Shown here: positions 41,322 to 50,528 of the stretch, in pieces | How positions within the stretch are numbered: position 1 is the stretch's first letter | Layout: the number at the start of each line of letters is the position of its first letter | Source of the DNA: Pelagibius sp. | Lineage (GTDB): Bacteria; Pseudomonadota; Alphaproteobacteria; Kiloniellales; Kiloniellaceae | DNA length: 64,000 bases | Reading direction: 5' to 3' | Assembly (NCBI RefSeq): GCF_965227505.1 | Contig: NZ_OZ245757.1 | Coordinates: 3,822,376-3,886,375 of the forward strand | Position numbers and translations under genes: made by a program | The notes under the pieces: model-generated | Told to the model about the DNA's origin: nothing | The model's input: only the letters and a program-made list of their open reading frames with translations | Databases searched by the model: none

Positions 41322-42050
41322 ATGCTCCGGGGCCTGATCTACTTGCTGTCTCTTGGCGCGCTGGCCGCTTGTGTCACGCCGCCACCCGAAGAGGCCCACA
41401 CGTTGCTGGACGGCCGCCTTGAGGTTGCCTTGCCGGAGGCCTACGAGCCATTCGCGTGGCCGCAGCGCAACCTGCGAACGCAATCCAGCACGTCTTCAGA
41501 ATCCGAAGGGCCGGAAGACTTCATTCTGCGTGGTGGGGAGGGCGCGCTTGAGAAGAAGTTTCCGAACCATTCTTACGACCCGGCATTCCTCAGCCGCTTT
41601 CTCGGTGGCGGCGAGGACATTCAAGCGAACATCAGATTTGTTCTTGTCGAATTGAGCTTCGCTAACGATGCGCAGGAATGGACATCGAGTGAAAACACCT
41701 TAGGGATTCCGCGCAGTGCGACCGACCAGGATCTTCATGACCGTCTATGCGAAAGCTTCTCCGCGCAGTGGAGTGGCGACCGCTACACCGTTGCCCACTT
41801 CGATCCCGAATCCGGAATCGGAGGCTGCGTGAACATCATCGGCGCTTTCGCTGCGCAGTTCTCGCGGCGTATCGACGACAAACTGGTCATTGCCGGTGCA
41901 ATGGATTTTGTCGAAGTCTTGATCTTCGAGAAGAGGGGTCCTGGGAAGGCGTTCTTTGGCATGACAGACGAAGAGAAGTGGGACGCTGTCAAGGCCGCCG
42001 CCAATGCGGAGGTGGCGGAACAGGCGCTTCGGAGCGCCCGGCTGCGCTGA
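41322..42050 (+). CDS. Uncharacterised lipoprotein, paralog 2
   Basis: Lipobox LGALAAC; shares LLDGRL, FILRG, CVNIIG, FSRRI and AAANAExAExALRSARLR with paralog 1. Confidence 0.8.
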   Translation: MLRGLIYLLSLGALAACVTPPPEEAHTLLDGRLEVALPEAYEPFAWPQRNLRTQSSTSSESEGPEDFILRGGEGALEKKFPNHSYDPAFLSRFLGGGEDIQANIRFVLVELSFANDAQEWTSSENTLGIPRSATDQDLHDRLCESFSAQWSGDRYTVAHFDPESGIGGCVNIIGAFAAQFSRRIDDKLVIAGAMDFVEVLIFEKRGPGKAFFGMTDEEKWDAVKAAANAEVAEQALRSARLR

Positions 42051-42064
42051 TCGGCTTCCAGTAC

Positions 42065-43387
42065 TCAGTCGCTGTCCCTCAGGGCACGGTCGATGAAGCG
42101 CTCCGCCATGCCCAGATAGCCTGCAGGGTCGCGCAGGCGCGCCCAGTCCACCGGCGCCTCGGTCATCTCCGCAAGAACGTCCATGAGGTGGCGGCCTGAG
42201 GCGGCAGTCTCCTTGCAGGCAACCTTCACCAGCGCCTGGGCCTCGTCGCGGGGCATATGGGCGGAGAGGGCGAAGCTCGCGGCTTCGGCCAGCACCAGTC
42301 CCTTGGCCGCGTCCAGGTTGGCGGCCATGTCTGCGGCGTTGACCCGAAGGTCCTCGATCAGCGCGGTCGTTTGCCTGAGGGCCGCGCCGCAGGCCAGCAG
42401 CATCTGCGGCAGGATCAGCCATTCCTGCTGCCAGGCAGCGCCGTCGCGCTCCAGCGTGTGCAGGGCCGCCGTCTGCATCTGGCCGGCGAGGCCGGCATTG
42501 TGGCGCGCCAGGGCCAGCACGGCGTTGGAGCGCACCGGGTTCGCCTTCTGCGGCATGGTGGAGGAGCCGCCGCCTGTTCCTTCGCTGAGCTCGCCGATGC
42601 CGCTCTGGCTGAGAAGGGCGACGTCGCCGGCGATCTTGCCGAGGCTGCCGGTCACCAGCGCCAGCCAGCCGGCCAGTTCCGCCAGGCCGTCGCGCTGGCT
42701 GTGCCAGGGCAATGGCGGCACCGCCAACCCCAACTCTTCGGCGAGCGCGGCCTCGACCGCAACGCCCTTGTCGCCAAGGGCGGCCAGGGTGCCCGCCGCG
42801 CCGCCGAAGGAGAGGACCTCCAGGCGTGGACGCAGTTCGTCCAGGCGCTTGCGGTGCCGCCGCAGTGGCGCCCGCCAGCCGGCCATCTTCAGGCCCAGGG
42901 TCGTGGGCGTCGCCTGCTGCCCCCAGGTGCGTGCCGCCATGACCGTGCTGCGCTCGGCCCGGGCGCGTTGTGACAGGCTTCGGCACAGCCGGGTCAGCCG
43001 TTCCTCCAGCAGGTCCAGGACGCGCCGCAGGCGCAGCACCAACGCGGTGTCGATGACGTCCTGGCTGGTGGCGCCCCAGTGCACGAAGCCGGCCGCCTCG
43101 CCCCCGACGGCCCGGCGCAGCTCCGCCACCAGACACGGCACCGGAATGCCGTCGCGCGCGGTTGCCTCGGCCAGGACGGCAGGGTCCAGGGTCAGGTTGT
43201 CCGCGGCGGCTGTGATCTGCCTTGCCGCACCCTGCGGGATGACACCGCAGCGGGCCTCGGCGCGGGCCAGGGCCGCTTCGAAAGCCAGCATCGTGCGCAA
43301 CTGTGCGGCGTCGTCGAGCCTGGCCGCGATCTCGGCGTCGGAGAGCAGGCCGCCGTAGAGCCGGCTGTCGAAGGGGAGGGCTGCCAT
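42065..43387 (-). CDS. pcaB: 3-carboxy-cis,cis-muconate cycloisomerase
   Basis: VHWGATSQD, AARTWGQQA, GGSSTMPQKANP, ERDGAAW; pca context. Confidence 0.9.
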   Translation of the reverse strand: MAALPFDSRLYGGLLSDAEIAARLDDAAQLRTMLAFEAALARAEARCGVIPQGAARQITAAADNLTLDPAVLAEATARDGIPVPCLVAELRRAVGGEAAGFVHWGATSQDVIDTALVLRLRRVLDLLEERLTRLCRSLSQRARAERSTVMAARTWGQQATPTTLGLKMAGWRAPLRRHRKRLDELRPRLEVLSFGGAAGTLAALGDKGVAVEAALAEELGLAVPPLPWHSQRDGLAELAGWLALVTGSLGKIAGDVALLSQSGIGELSEGTGGGSSTMPQKANPVRSNAVLALARHNAGLAGQMQTAALHTLERDGAAWQQEWLILPQMLLACGAALRQTTALIEDLRVNAADMAANLDAAKGLVLAEAASFALSAHMPRDEAQALVKVACKETAASGRHLMDVLAEMTEAPVDWARLRDPAGYLGMAERFIDRALRDSD

Positions 43388-43397
43388 CGCTTTCCGT

Positions 43398-44252
43398 TCA
43401 GGCCGCGTCCGGCAGGTTGAGGATCGCCCGGGCCTCGCGGCAGCTTGCCGGATGCCGTCCGTATTCGTCGCAGAGATTGGCGACCCGGGCCACCAGTTCG
43501 GCGTTGCTGGCTGCGAGACGCGACCGGTCGAAGCGGATGTTGTCTTCCAGTCCGGTGCGGCAGTGGCCGCCCATCTCCAGCGCCCAGTGGTTCACCTCAA
43601 GCTGACTGCGGCCGATGCCGGCGGCGGTCCAGGTCGCGTCGGGCTGCAGCGCCTTCAACTGCGCCACCTCGAACTCCAGGATTTCACGCCGCGGCGGCAG
43701 GGCGTTCTTCAGGCCGAAGACGAACTGTACGTGCAGCGGGGTTTCCAGGCGCTCGTCGCCAGCCATTTCGGCGGCGGCGTAGAGCATGGCGAGATCGAAG
43801 ACCTCGACCTCCGGCTTTATCCGGTGGCGCAGCATGGTCTCCGCCAGGCTGTCGATCAGATCGGGCGGGTTCTCGTAGATCATGTTGGGGAAGTTCACCG
43901 AGCCGGTGGCCAGCGACGCCATATCCGGTGCGTGGTGCAGCATCGCACCCCGCTCTTCCGGCGCGCGCCCGCGCCCGCCGGTGGAGAACTGCACGATCAT
44001 GCCCGGGCAGTGCCTGCGCACGCCCTCCTGGAAAGCGGCGAACTTGTCGGGGTCAGAGGAGGCGCGCTGTGCTTCGTCGCGCACGTGAACGTGGACGATG
44101 CTCGCGCCGGCCTCGAAGGCCTCCTGCGTCGACTCGATCTGCTCGGCGACGGTGATCGGTACCGCCGGATTGTCTTCCTTGCGCGGCACCGAGCCGGTGA
44201 TCGCCACGGTGATGATGCAGGGCCCCGCCGTGCCTGTTGCGCTGTCAGACAT
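43398..44252 (-). CDS. Beta-keto acid cleavage enzyme (BKACE/DUF849)
   Basis: IITVAITGS, AGASIVHVHVRD, QFSTGGR, GSVNF, GGHCRTGLEDN. Confidence 0.9.
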   Translation of the reverse strand: MSDSATGTAGPCIITVAITGSVPRKEDNPAVPITVAEQIESTQEAFEAGASIVHVHVRDEAQRASSDPDKFAAFQEGVRRHCPGMIVQFSTGGRGRAPEERGAMLHHAPDMASLATGSVNFPNMIYENPPDLIDSLAETMLRHRIKPEVEVFDLAMLYAAAEMAGDERLETPLHVQFVFGLKNALPPRREILEFEVAQLKALQPDATWTAAGIGRSQLEVNHWALEMGGHCRTGLEDNIRFDRSRLAASNAELVARVANLCDEYGRHPASCREARAILNLPDAA

Positions 44253-44820
44253 CGAAGAACACGGTTTCCCGCTCCCCTTGCATATGAATGTCGAAGCGAT
44301 AGGTGCCGGGCTCCACCGCCTCGGCGATCAGCGTCGCCCGACGTTCGGGCTCGACGGCATTCAGCACCGGGTCTTCGGCGTTGGCCGCGGCTTCGTCGGC
44401 GAAATAGATCCGCGTATAGAGGTGGCTCAAGAGGCCCCGCATGAAGACGATCACGCAGATGTGGGGCGCCTGACTGTCGTCGACGGCACCGGGCTTGTAA
44501 GTGGTGAAGGCGAACTCGTTCTCCGTTCCGCTGCCGGTACCGCAGCGCCCGAAGCCCGTGAAACCGCGATTGCCGCTGTCGCCTGCCCGGAGATAGCGGC
44601 CTTCGGGATCGGCCTGCCAGATCTCCAGCATGGCATCGGGGATCACCGCCCCGGCGCCATCGAAGATCTGCCCGACGATGCGAATCTCCCGGCCCTCGGT
44701 TGCCGGGTCGCGCAGGTCGGCGGAGGCAAGGCTGCGGAAGGTATAACCGTACTGCTCCGGCGTCAGGCCATAGGCAAAGAAGGGCCCCACGGTCTGCGAC
44801 GGCGTCTGGCCCCGGCTCAT
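44245..44820 (-). CDS. pcaG: Protocatechuate 3,4-dioxygenase alpha subunit
   Basis: QTPSQTVGPFF, DAMLEIWQAD, GFGRC, QAPHI, RGLLSHLYTRIYF, ETVFFDV; C-terminal part of track ORF 44245-45636. Confidence 0.92.
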   Translation of the reverse strand: MSRGQTPSQTVGPFFAYGLTPEQYGYTFRSLASADLRDPATEGREIRIVGQIFDGAGAVIPDAMLEIWQADPEGRYLRAGDSGNRGFTGFGRCGTGSGTENEFAFTTYKPGAVDDSQAPHICVIVFMRGLLSHLYTRIYFADEAAANAEDPVLNAVEPERRATLIAEAVEPGTYRFDIHMQGERETVFFDV

Positions 44821-45518
44821 GGTTTCTGCTCCATCGGCGTCTCCTCGCGGCCGCGCAGCACGATGTCGAAACGATAGCCGAGGGCGAAGCCCGCTTCCGT
44901 GGTCGACAGATCGAAAGCCGAAACCAGGCGGTCGCGGACTGGCGCCGGCGTGGACTGAAAGATCGGATCGAGGTCCAGCAGCGGGTCGCCCGGAAAATAG
45001 AACTGCGTGACCAGCCGGGTGGCGATCGAGGGCCCGAAGAGCGAGAGGTGGATATGGGCGGGCCGCCAGGCATTGTCGTGATTGCCCCAGGGATAGGCGC
45101 CCGGCTTGATGGTGACGAAACGGTAGCGCCCTTCGGCATCGGTGACGCAGCGCCCGGCGCCGAAGAAGTTCGGGTCCAGAGGGGCGTCGTGCTGGTCGGC
45201 CTTGTGGACGTAGCGTCCGGCGGCGTTGGCTTGCCAGATTTCGATCAGTATGCCGGCCTGCGGACGTTCGTCCTCGTCCAGCACCCGGCCGGAGACGATG
45301 ATGCGCTCGCCCAGCGGTTCTCCGTCGCGGCGGCCGTTCAGGGTCAGGTCGGCGTCCGCCGGGCTCAGGATCTCGGCGCCGTAAAGCGGTCCGGTCCGTT
45401 CCGAAAGGCCCTGTGGCAGCGCAACCAGGGGCTTTGTCGCACCGCGCAGCGCCGTCGACTTGTAGGCCGGATAGATCAGCGGCGGGTGGCTCGACCAGTC
45501 TCGCGGTTTGAAGCTCAT
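44817..45518 (-). CDS. pcaH: Protocatechuate 3,4-dioxygenase beta subunit
   Basis: IEIWQANAAGRY, PLDPNF, IKPGAYPW, AWRPAHIH, RLVTQFYFPGDP. Confidence 0.95.
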   Translation of the reverse strand: MSFKPRDWSSHPPLIYPAYKSTALRGATKPLVALPQGLSERTGPLYGAEILSPADADLTLNGRRDGEPLGERIIVSGRVLDEDERPQAGILIEIWQANAAGRYVHKADQHDAPLDPNFFGAGRCVTDAEGRYRFVTIKPGAYPWGNHDNAWRPAHIHLSLFGPSIATRLVTQFYFPGDPLLDLDPIFQSTPAPVRDRLVSAFDLSTTEAGFALGYRFDIVLRGREETPMEQKP

Positions 45519-45898
45519 CCGGCCGCTCCCTCGCCCAGGACGCCCTTGGCGATCTTGAAGGCGCGGTTGGCGGCCGGAACGCCGGCGTAGACCGCGACGT
45601 GCAGCAGCGCTTCCTTGATCTCTTCCGGCGTCGCACCTGTGTTGGCGCAGGCGCGCAGATGCATGGCGACCTCCTCGTCGTGTCCGAGCGCGGCGAGCAG
45701 CGCGATGGTGATCAGGCTGCGCTCGCGCCGGCTGAGCCCCGGCCGGGACCAGACACTGCCCCAGGCGCCTTCGGTGATGAAGCGCTGGAAGTCGGCGTCG
45801 AAGTCCGTCGTCGCGGCCTCGGCGCGGGCGACGTGGTCCTCGCCCAGAACCGCCGCGCGGGTGGTCCGCCCTTTTTTCAGTCGATCGTCGTCAGGCAA
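45515..45898 (-). CDS. pcaC: 4-carboxymuconolactone decarboxylase
   Basis: FQRFITEGAWGSVWSR, RSLITIALLAALG, LHVAVYAGVPAAN. Confidence 0.92.
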   Translation of the reverse strand: MPDDDRLKKGRTTRAAVLGEDHVARAEAATTDFDADFQRFITEGAWGSVWSRPGLSRRERSLITIALLAALGHDEEVAMHLRACANTGATPEEIKEALLHVAVYAGVPAANRAFKIAKGVLGEGAAG

Positions 45899-46694
45899 GA
45901 CCGGCCTCCCGCGTGAAGCTCAGGATGTGGTCGCTGACCACCTGCGGCTGCTCGATGCAGGGTAGGTGCCCGGCACCGGCGATGACCTCGCAGCGGGCGC
46001 CGGGAATGAGGGCCGTCAGCTCCTGCATCAGCGCCGGCGGCGTCGAGCCGTCCTCCTCGCCCACCAGGCAGAGCGTCGGCACGGCGATTTCCTTGGCCGC
46101 CTCGGTGAAGTCGGTGTCACGGATCGCGGCCGAGGTGCCGGCATAGCCGCCCGCGGGGGTGCGGGTCAGCATGTTGCGCCAGCCGGCCAGTTCCACCGGG
46201 TCGCCGCTGCGCAACGCCTTGGTGAACCAGCGCCCGAGAATGCCCTCGGCAAGGGACTCGATCCCGGCGGCTTCCACCGCTGCGATGCGGTCGTTCCACA
46301 GCCTGTCGTCGCCGATCCTGTGGGCGGTGTCGCAGAGGATGAGGCCGCGCACCAGCTCCGGCCTGCGGGCGTAGAGCCCCTGGGCGATCAGGCCGCCGAC
46401 CGAGAGCCCGCAGACAACTGCGTTGTCGATCTTCAAGGCGTCCAAGAGCGCCGCAAGATCGCCGACGTGGTCGTCCATCACATAGGGCGTGTTCCCGAGG
46501 TCGGAGAGGCCGTGGCCGCGCTTGTCGTAGCGGATGATGCGGAAGGTGTCGCCGAGTCGCGCCACCACCCGGTCCCAGATTCGGAAGTCGGTGCCCAGCG
46601 AGTTGGAGAAGACCAGCACCGGTTTGGCCGGGTTTCCACTGTCCCCGCTGTCGCTGAAATGCAGCGTCAGGCCGTTCACCGCCATGAAGCGCAT
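45891..46694 (-). CDS. pcaD: 3-oxoadipate enol-lactonase
   Basis: FSNSLGTD, YDKRGHG, GLSVGG, AGHLPCIEQP. Confidence 0.92.
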   Translation of the reverse strand: MRFMAVNGLTLHFSDSGDSGNPAKPVLVFSNSLGTDFRIWDRVVARLGDTFRIIRYDKRGHGLSDLGNTPYVMDDHVGDLAALLDALKIDNAVVCGLSVGGLIAQGLYARRPELVRGLILCDTAHRIGDDRLWNDRIAAVEAAGIESLAEGILGRWFTKALRSGDPVELAGWRNMLTRTPAGGYAGTSAAIRDTDFTEAAKEIAVPTLCLVGEEDGSTPPALMQELTALIPGARCEVIAGAGHLPCIEQPQVVSDHILSFTREAGLA

Positions 46695-46877
46695 GTCCGT
46701 TCGGGCTCCCCTGTTCTTCTTGGTCTTCGATTGCGGCCCCCTTTATTCCACATCTCGGGCTCTATTCAAACGGGCTAGGGACAGGGTCCCAGGCAGGTCT
46801 TCCGAGCGGCCTTGACCGAAGTCTGGCGGTATGCCTAGTGGAGGCCAGGAGATCGATTGCAGAGACGAGGCCGGCCC

Positions 46878-48095
46878 ATGAAGCCCGAAGACCGTTCCGT
46901 CGTGCGCCGCACGACCCCGCCGCCGTCGGAGACGACGCCGCTGGTGACACCGCTTTTTCCCTCGGTGGTCTATTGCGCCGAGGATGCCGATGCCCTGGAC
47001 GCCGTCTACGAGGGGCGGGCCGAGGGCTACAGCTACGCCCGCGAAGGCCATCCCAACGCCTCTGTCCTGGCCGACAAGATCTCCTGGATGGAAGGGGCCG
47101 GGCAGGAGGGCGTTGGGCAGGGAATCATGACCGCTTCGGGCATGGCGGCGATTTCTGCGGTCTTCCTGGCATTGCTGGAGAAGGGGGATCACATCGTCGC
47201 CGGGAACCAGCTCTACGGCCGCTGCCTGCGCCTGCTGAGCCAGGATCTGCCGCGCATGGGCTTCGAGGCAAGCCTGGTCGACGCCTCCGACGTCGCCGCT
47301 GTAGAGGCGGCGCTGAGGCCGGAGACAAAGATCCTGCTGGTGGAGGTGGTGGCCAACCCGACGCTGCGGGTCGCCGACATCAAGGGGCTGGCCCGCCTAG
47401 CCAAGGAGCGCGGGCTGATCTTCGTCGTCGACAACACCTTCACCACGCCGCGCGCCTTCAAGCCCTTCGACCACGGCGCCGATCTCGTTGTGCACTCGGT
47501 CACCAAGCTGCTGGCCGGACACAGCGACGTCACCCTGGGTTACGTCGGGTCGCGCGATCCCGCGCACGCCACCGCGCTCTACGATACGATCACGACCTGG
47601 GGGCTGAACGCCAGCCCCTTCGACTGCTGGCTGGCGGAGCGCGGCCTCAACACCTTCGATCTGCGCTTCCAGCGCGCGCAGGAGAACGCCAAGGCCCTGG
47701 CCGATCACCTGCGCGGTCTGCCGGGTGTGCTGCGGGTGCTCTATCCCGGCGAGCCGGACCACCCCGACGGGGCTCTGGCCCGTGACCTGCTGCAGGGCAA
47801 CTTCAGCCACATGGTGAGCTTCGAGTTGGATGCCGACCGCGCGGGCGTCAACGCCTTCGTGCGCGCCGCCGGCAACATCGCCTTCGCGCCAACCCTGGGC
47901 GACGTCGGCACGACCATCAGCCATCCGGCCAGTTCCTCCCACCGCGGCCTGACTGTCGAGGGCCGGGCCGCGCTCGGCATCAGCGAGGGCTTCATCCGCG
48001 TCTCTGTCGGCGTCGAAGACATCGATCTTCTGACGCGCGAGTTCACCGATGCCGTCGCCGCAGCGCGGCGTGCCGCAACACGAGAGGCAGGATAG
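46878..48095 (+). CDS. Cys/Met metabolism PLP enzyme (cystathionine gamma-synthase/lyase family)
   Basis: YAREGHPN, SGMAAI, VVDNTF, HSVTKLLAGHSD (PLP Lys), LGDVGT, RVSVG. Confidence 0.88.
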   Translation: MKPEDRSVVRRTTPPPSETTPLVTPLFPSVVYCAEDADALDAVYEGRAEGYSYAREGHPNASVLADKISWMEGAGQEGVGQGIMTASGMAAISAVFLALLEKGDHIVAGNQLYGRCLRLLSQDLPRMGFEASLVDASDVAAVEAALRPETKILLVEVVANPTLRVADIKGLARLAKERGLIFVVDNTFTTPRAFKPFDHGADLVVHSVTKLLAGHSDVTLGYVGSRDPAHATALYDTITTWGLNASPFDCWLAERGLNTFDLRFQRAQENAKALADHLRGLPGVLRVLYPGEPDHPDGALARDLLQGNFSHMVSFELDADRAGVNAFVRAAGNIAFAPTLGDVGTTISHPASSSHRGLTVEGRAALGISEGFIRVSVGVEDIDLLTREFTDAVAAARRAATREAG

Positions 48096-48099
48096 CGCC

Positions 48100-49404
48100 A
48101 TGGATCAGAGCTACGATGCCATCATCATCGGCGCGGGGGTGATCGGCGCCGCCGTCGGCCTGGAACTGGCGCGCGGCGGACGCAAGACCCTCAACGTCGA
48201 TGCCCTGCCGGCGGCGGGCTACGGCTCAACGTCCAACTCCTGTGCCATCATCCGGGTGCACTATTCCACCCTGGACGGCACCGCCCTGGCCTACGACGGC
48301 TACTTCTACTGGAAGCACTGGGCGGACTACCTGGATTGCCTCGACGAGCGCGGTTTGGCGGTCTTCCACGACTGCGGCTGCCTGGTGATGAAGACGCAGC
48401 AGAACGACCGCCTCGCCAAGGTGCTGAAGACCGTGGAGGCCCTGGACATTCCGCACGAGCATTGGGATGCGGAGCAAGTCCGAGCGACGCTGCCCGGTTA
48501 TGACCTCGCCTGCCACTGGCCGGCCAGGCTGATGACGGATGCCGACTTCGGCGCCCCCACCGGCGGCGCGCTGGAAGGCGGCGTCTATTTCCCCACCGCC
48601 GGCTACATCAGCGACCCGCAGCTTGCCTCCCACAACCTGCAGCGCGCGGCTGAGGCTACCGGCGGCACCTTCCTCTTCAACAGGCGCGTGGTCGAGATCC
48701 CGGTGTCGCGCGGCCGCGTGGAGGGCGTCGTGCTGGACGACGGCACACGCATTTCAGCACCGGTGGTGGTGAATGTCGCCGGTCCGCACTCGGCCCCGGT
48801 GAATCGCCTGGCCGGCGCAGAGGCCGACATGCGCATCACCACCAAGGCCCTGCGCCAGGAGGTGGTCCACGTGAAAGCGCCGGAGGGTCTGGACTTCGAG
48901 AAGAACGGCCTGGTGATCTCAGACAGCGACATCGCCTGCTACTGCCGGCCGGAGACCGGCAACCACATTCTGGTGGGCAGCGAGGACCCGGACTGCGACC
49001 CGCGGGAGATGGTGGACCCGGATACCTTCAACCGCGACCTCACCGATCAGGCGGTGACCCAGGCCTTCCGCTACGCCCAGCGTCTGCCGGCGCTGAAGGT
49101 CTCGCAGAGCCCCAAGGGGGTCGTCGACCTCTATGACGTGACCGAGGACTGGATTCCGATCTACGACCGCTCCTGCATCGACGGCTTCTACATGGCCGTC
49201 GGCAGCAGCGGCAACCAGTTCAAGAACGCACCGGTCGCCGGTCGCATGATGGCGGCGCTGATCGACTACTGCGAGGGCGGCGGCGATCACGACGCAAAGC
49301 CCCTGCGCTTCAAGCTCAGCAACCTGGACCACAGCATCGACTGCGGCAGCTTCTCGCGCCTGCGCGAGGTCAACCAGGACAGCAGCTTCTCGGTGCTGGG
49401 ATAA
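48100..49404 (+). CDS. FAD-dependent oxidoreductase (DAO/sarcosine oxidase beta-like)
   Basis: IIIGAGVIG, GSTSNS, VVNVAGPHS, YDVTEDWIPI, GSSGNQFKNAP. Confidence 0.88.
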   Translation: MDQSYDAIIIGAGVIGAAVGLELARGGRKTLNVDALPAAGYGSTSNSCAIIRVHYSTLDGTALAYDGYFYWKHWADYLDCLDERGLAVFHDCGCLVMKTQQNDRLAKVLKTVEALDIPHEHWDAEQVRATLPGYDLACHWPARLMTDADFGAPTGGALEGGVYFPTAGYISDPQLASHNLQRAAEATGGTFLFNRRVVEIPVSRGRVEGVVLDDGTRISAPVVVNVAGPHSAPVNRLAGAEADMRITTKALRQEVVHVKAPEGLDFEKNGLVISDSDIACYCRPETGNHILVGSEDPDCDPREMVDPDTFNRDLTDQAVTQAFRYAQRLPALKVSQSPKGVVDLYDVTEDWIPIYDRSCIDGFYMAVGSSGNQFKNAPVAGRMMAALIDYCEGGGDHDAKPLRFKLSNLDHSIDCGSFSRLREVNQDSSFSVLG

Positions 49405-49408
49405 AACG

Positions 49409-50521
49409 ATGGCCACCATCAGCTACCTGACGCGGATCGAGTTCGATTTCGGGCTCGCCGCGAAGCTGCCGGACTTCTGCGCCGAACTTGGCATGAAGCG
49501 TCCCCTGCTGGTGACCGATCCCGGACTGACAGCTCTTGGGTTGATCGCGCCCATCGCGCAGCGCTTCGCCGAGGCCCCGGCGACCTTCGATCGGACGCCG
49601 GCCAATCCGACGGAAGCCGCGGTGATGGCCGCGCTTGCGGTCTACCAGTCCGAGGGCTGCGATGGGGTGCTGGCGATCGGCGGCGGGTCTTCCATTGACC
49701 TGGGCAAGGCGGTGCGGCTGTTGGCCGGGCAGGCGCCGCCGCTGGTGCAGTATGCTGCCGTCGAGGGCGGGGCCGCGCGCATCACCGGTCCGCTGCCGCC
49801 CTTGATCGCAGTGCCGACAACGGCCGGTACGGGTTCGGAGGTCGGGCGCGGCGCCGTCATCGTCATGGACGACGGCCGCAAGCTGGGCATTCTCTCGCCG
49901 CTGATGCTGCCCTCGCTGGCGGTCTGCGATCCTGAGCTGACGCTGGGTCTGCCGCCGCTGCTGACGGCGGCGACCGGCATGGATGCTCTGGCCCATTGCC
50001 TGGAAACCTTTCTCTCCGCCGCCGTCAATCCCCCGGCGGACGCCATCGCCCTGGAAGGACTGGCCCGCGGCTACGCCGCCATTCGGACGGCCGTGACCGA
50101 CGGCCGGGACCGGCAGGCGCGCTGGGACATGATGATGGCTTCGATGGAGGGGGCCATGGCATTTCAGAAGGGCCTCGGCGCCGTGCACTCGCTCTCCCAT
50201 CCGCTGGGCGCGTTGCCTGATTTGATGCTTCATCACGGCACGCTGAATGCCGTGTTGCTGCCGGCGGTGCTGCGGTTCAACCGCCCTGCAGTCGGCGGCA
50301 AGTGGGACCGGCTGGAGGCGATGCTGGGCGGTGCTCCGGACAGTCAGGTCGCTGTGCTGAATCGGGAGATCGGCCTGCCGGCCGGCCTCTCCGCAATGGG
50401 TGTGAGCCGCGACCAGCTACCGGCGATAGCGGCGGCGGCGCTGCTCGACCACTGCCACGCCACCAATCCGCGCGCGGCGAGCGAGGCCGACTATCTGGCG
50501 ATCCTTGAGGAGTCTTTCTGA
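49409..50521 (+). CDS. Iron-containing alcohol dehydrogenase
   Basis: GGGSSID, VPTTAGTGSE, GMDALAHCLE, VHSLSH, HHG. Confidence 0.9.
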   Translation: MATISYLTRIEFDFGLAAKLPDFCAELGMKRPLLVTDPGLTALGLIAPIAQRFAEAPATFDRTPANPTEAAVMAALAVYQSEGCDGVLAIGGGSSIDLGKAVRLLAGQAPPLVQYAAVEGGAARITGPLPPLIAVPTTAGTGSEVGRGAVIVMDDGRKLGILSPLMLPSLAVCDPELTLGLPPLLTAATGMDALAHCLETFLSAAVNPPADAIALEGLARGYAAIRTAVTDGRDRQARWDMMMASMEGAMAFQKGLGAVHSLSHPLGALPDLMLHHGTLNAVLLPAVLRFNRPAVGGKWDRLEAMLGGAPDSQVAVLNREIGLPAGLSAMGVSRDQLPAIAAAALLDHCHATNPRAASEADYLAILEESF

Positions 50522-50528
50522 CCCGCGA

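Noticed and set aside
44245-45636. 463-aa ORF suggesting a fused dioxygenase
   Set aside because: Only the last 191 codons are PcaG; the upstream part is an off-frame overlap of pcaH and pcaC.
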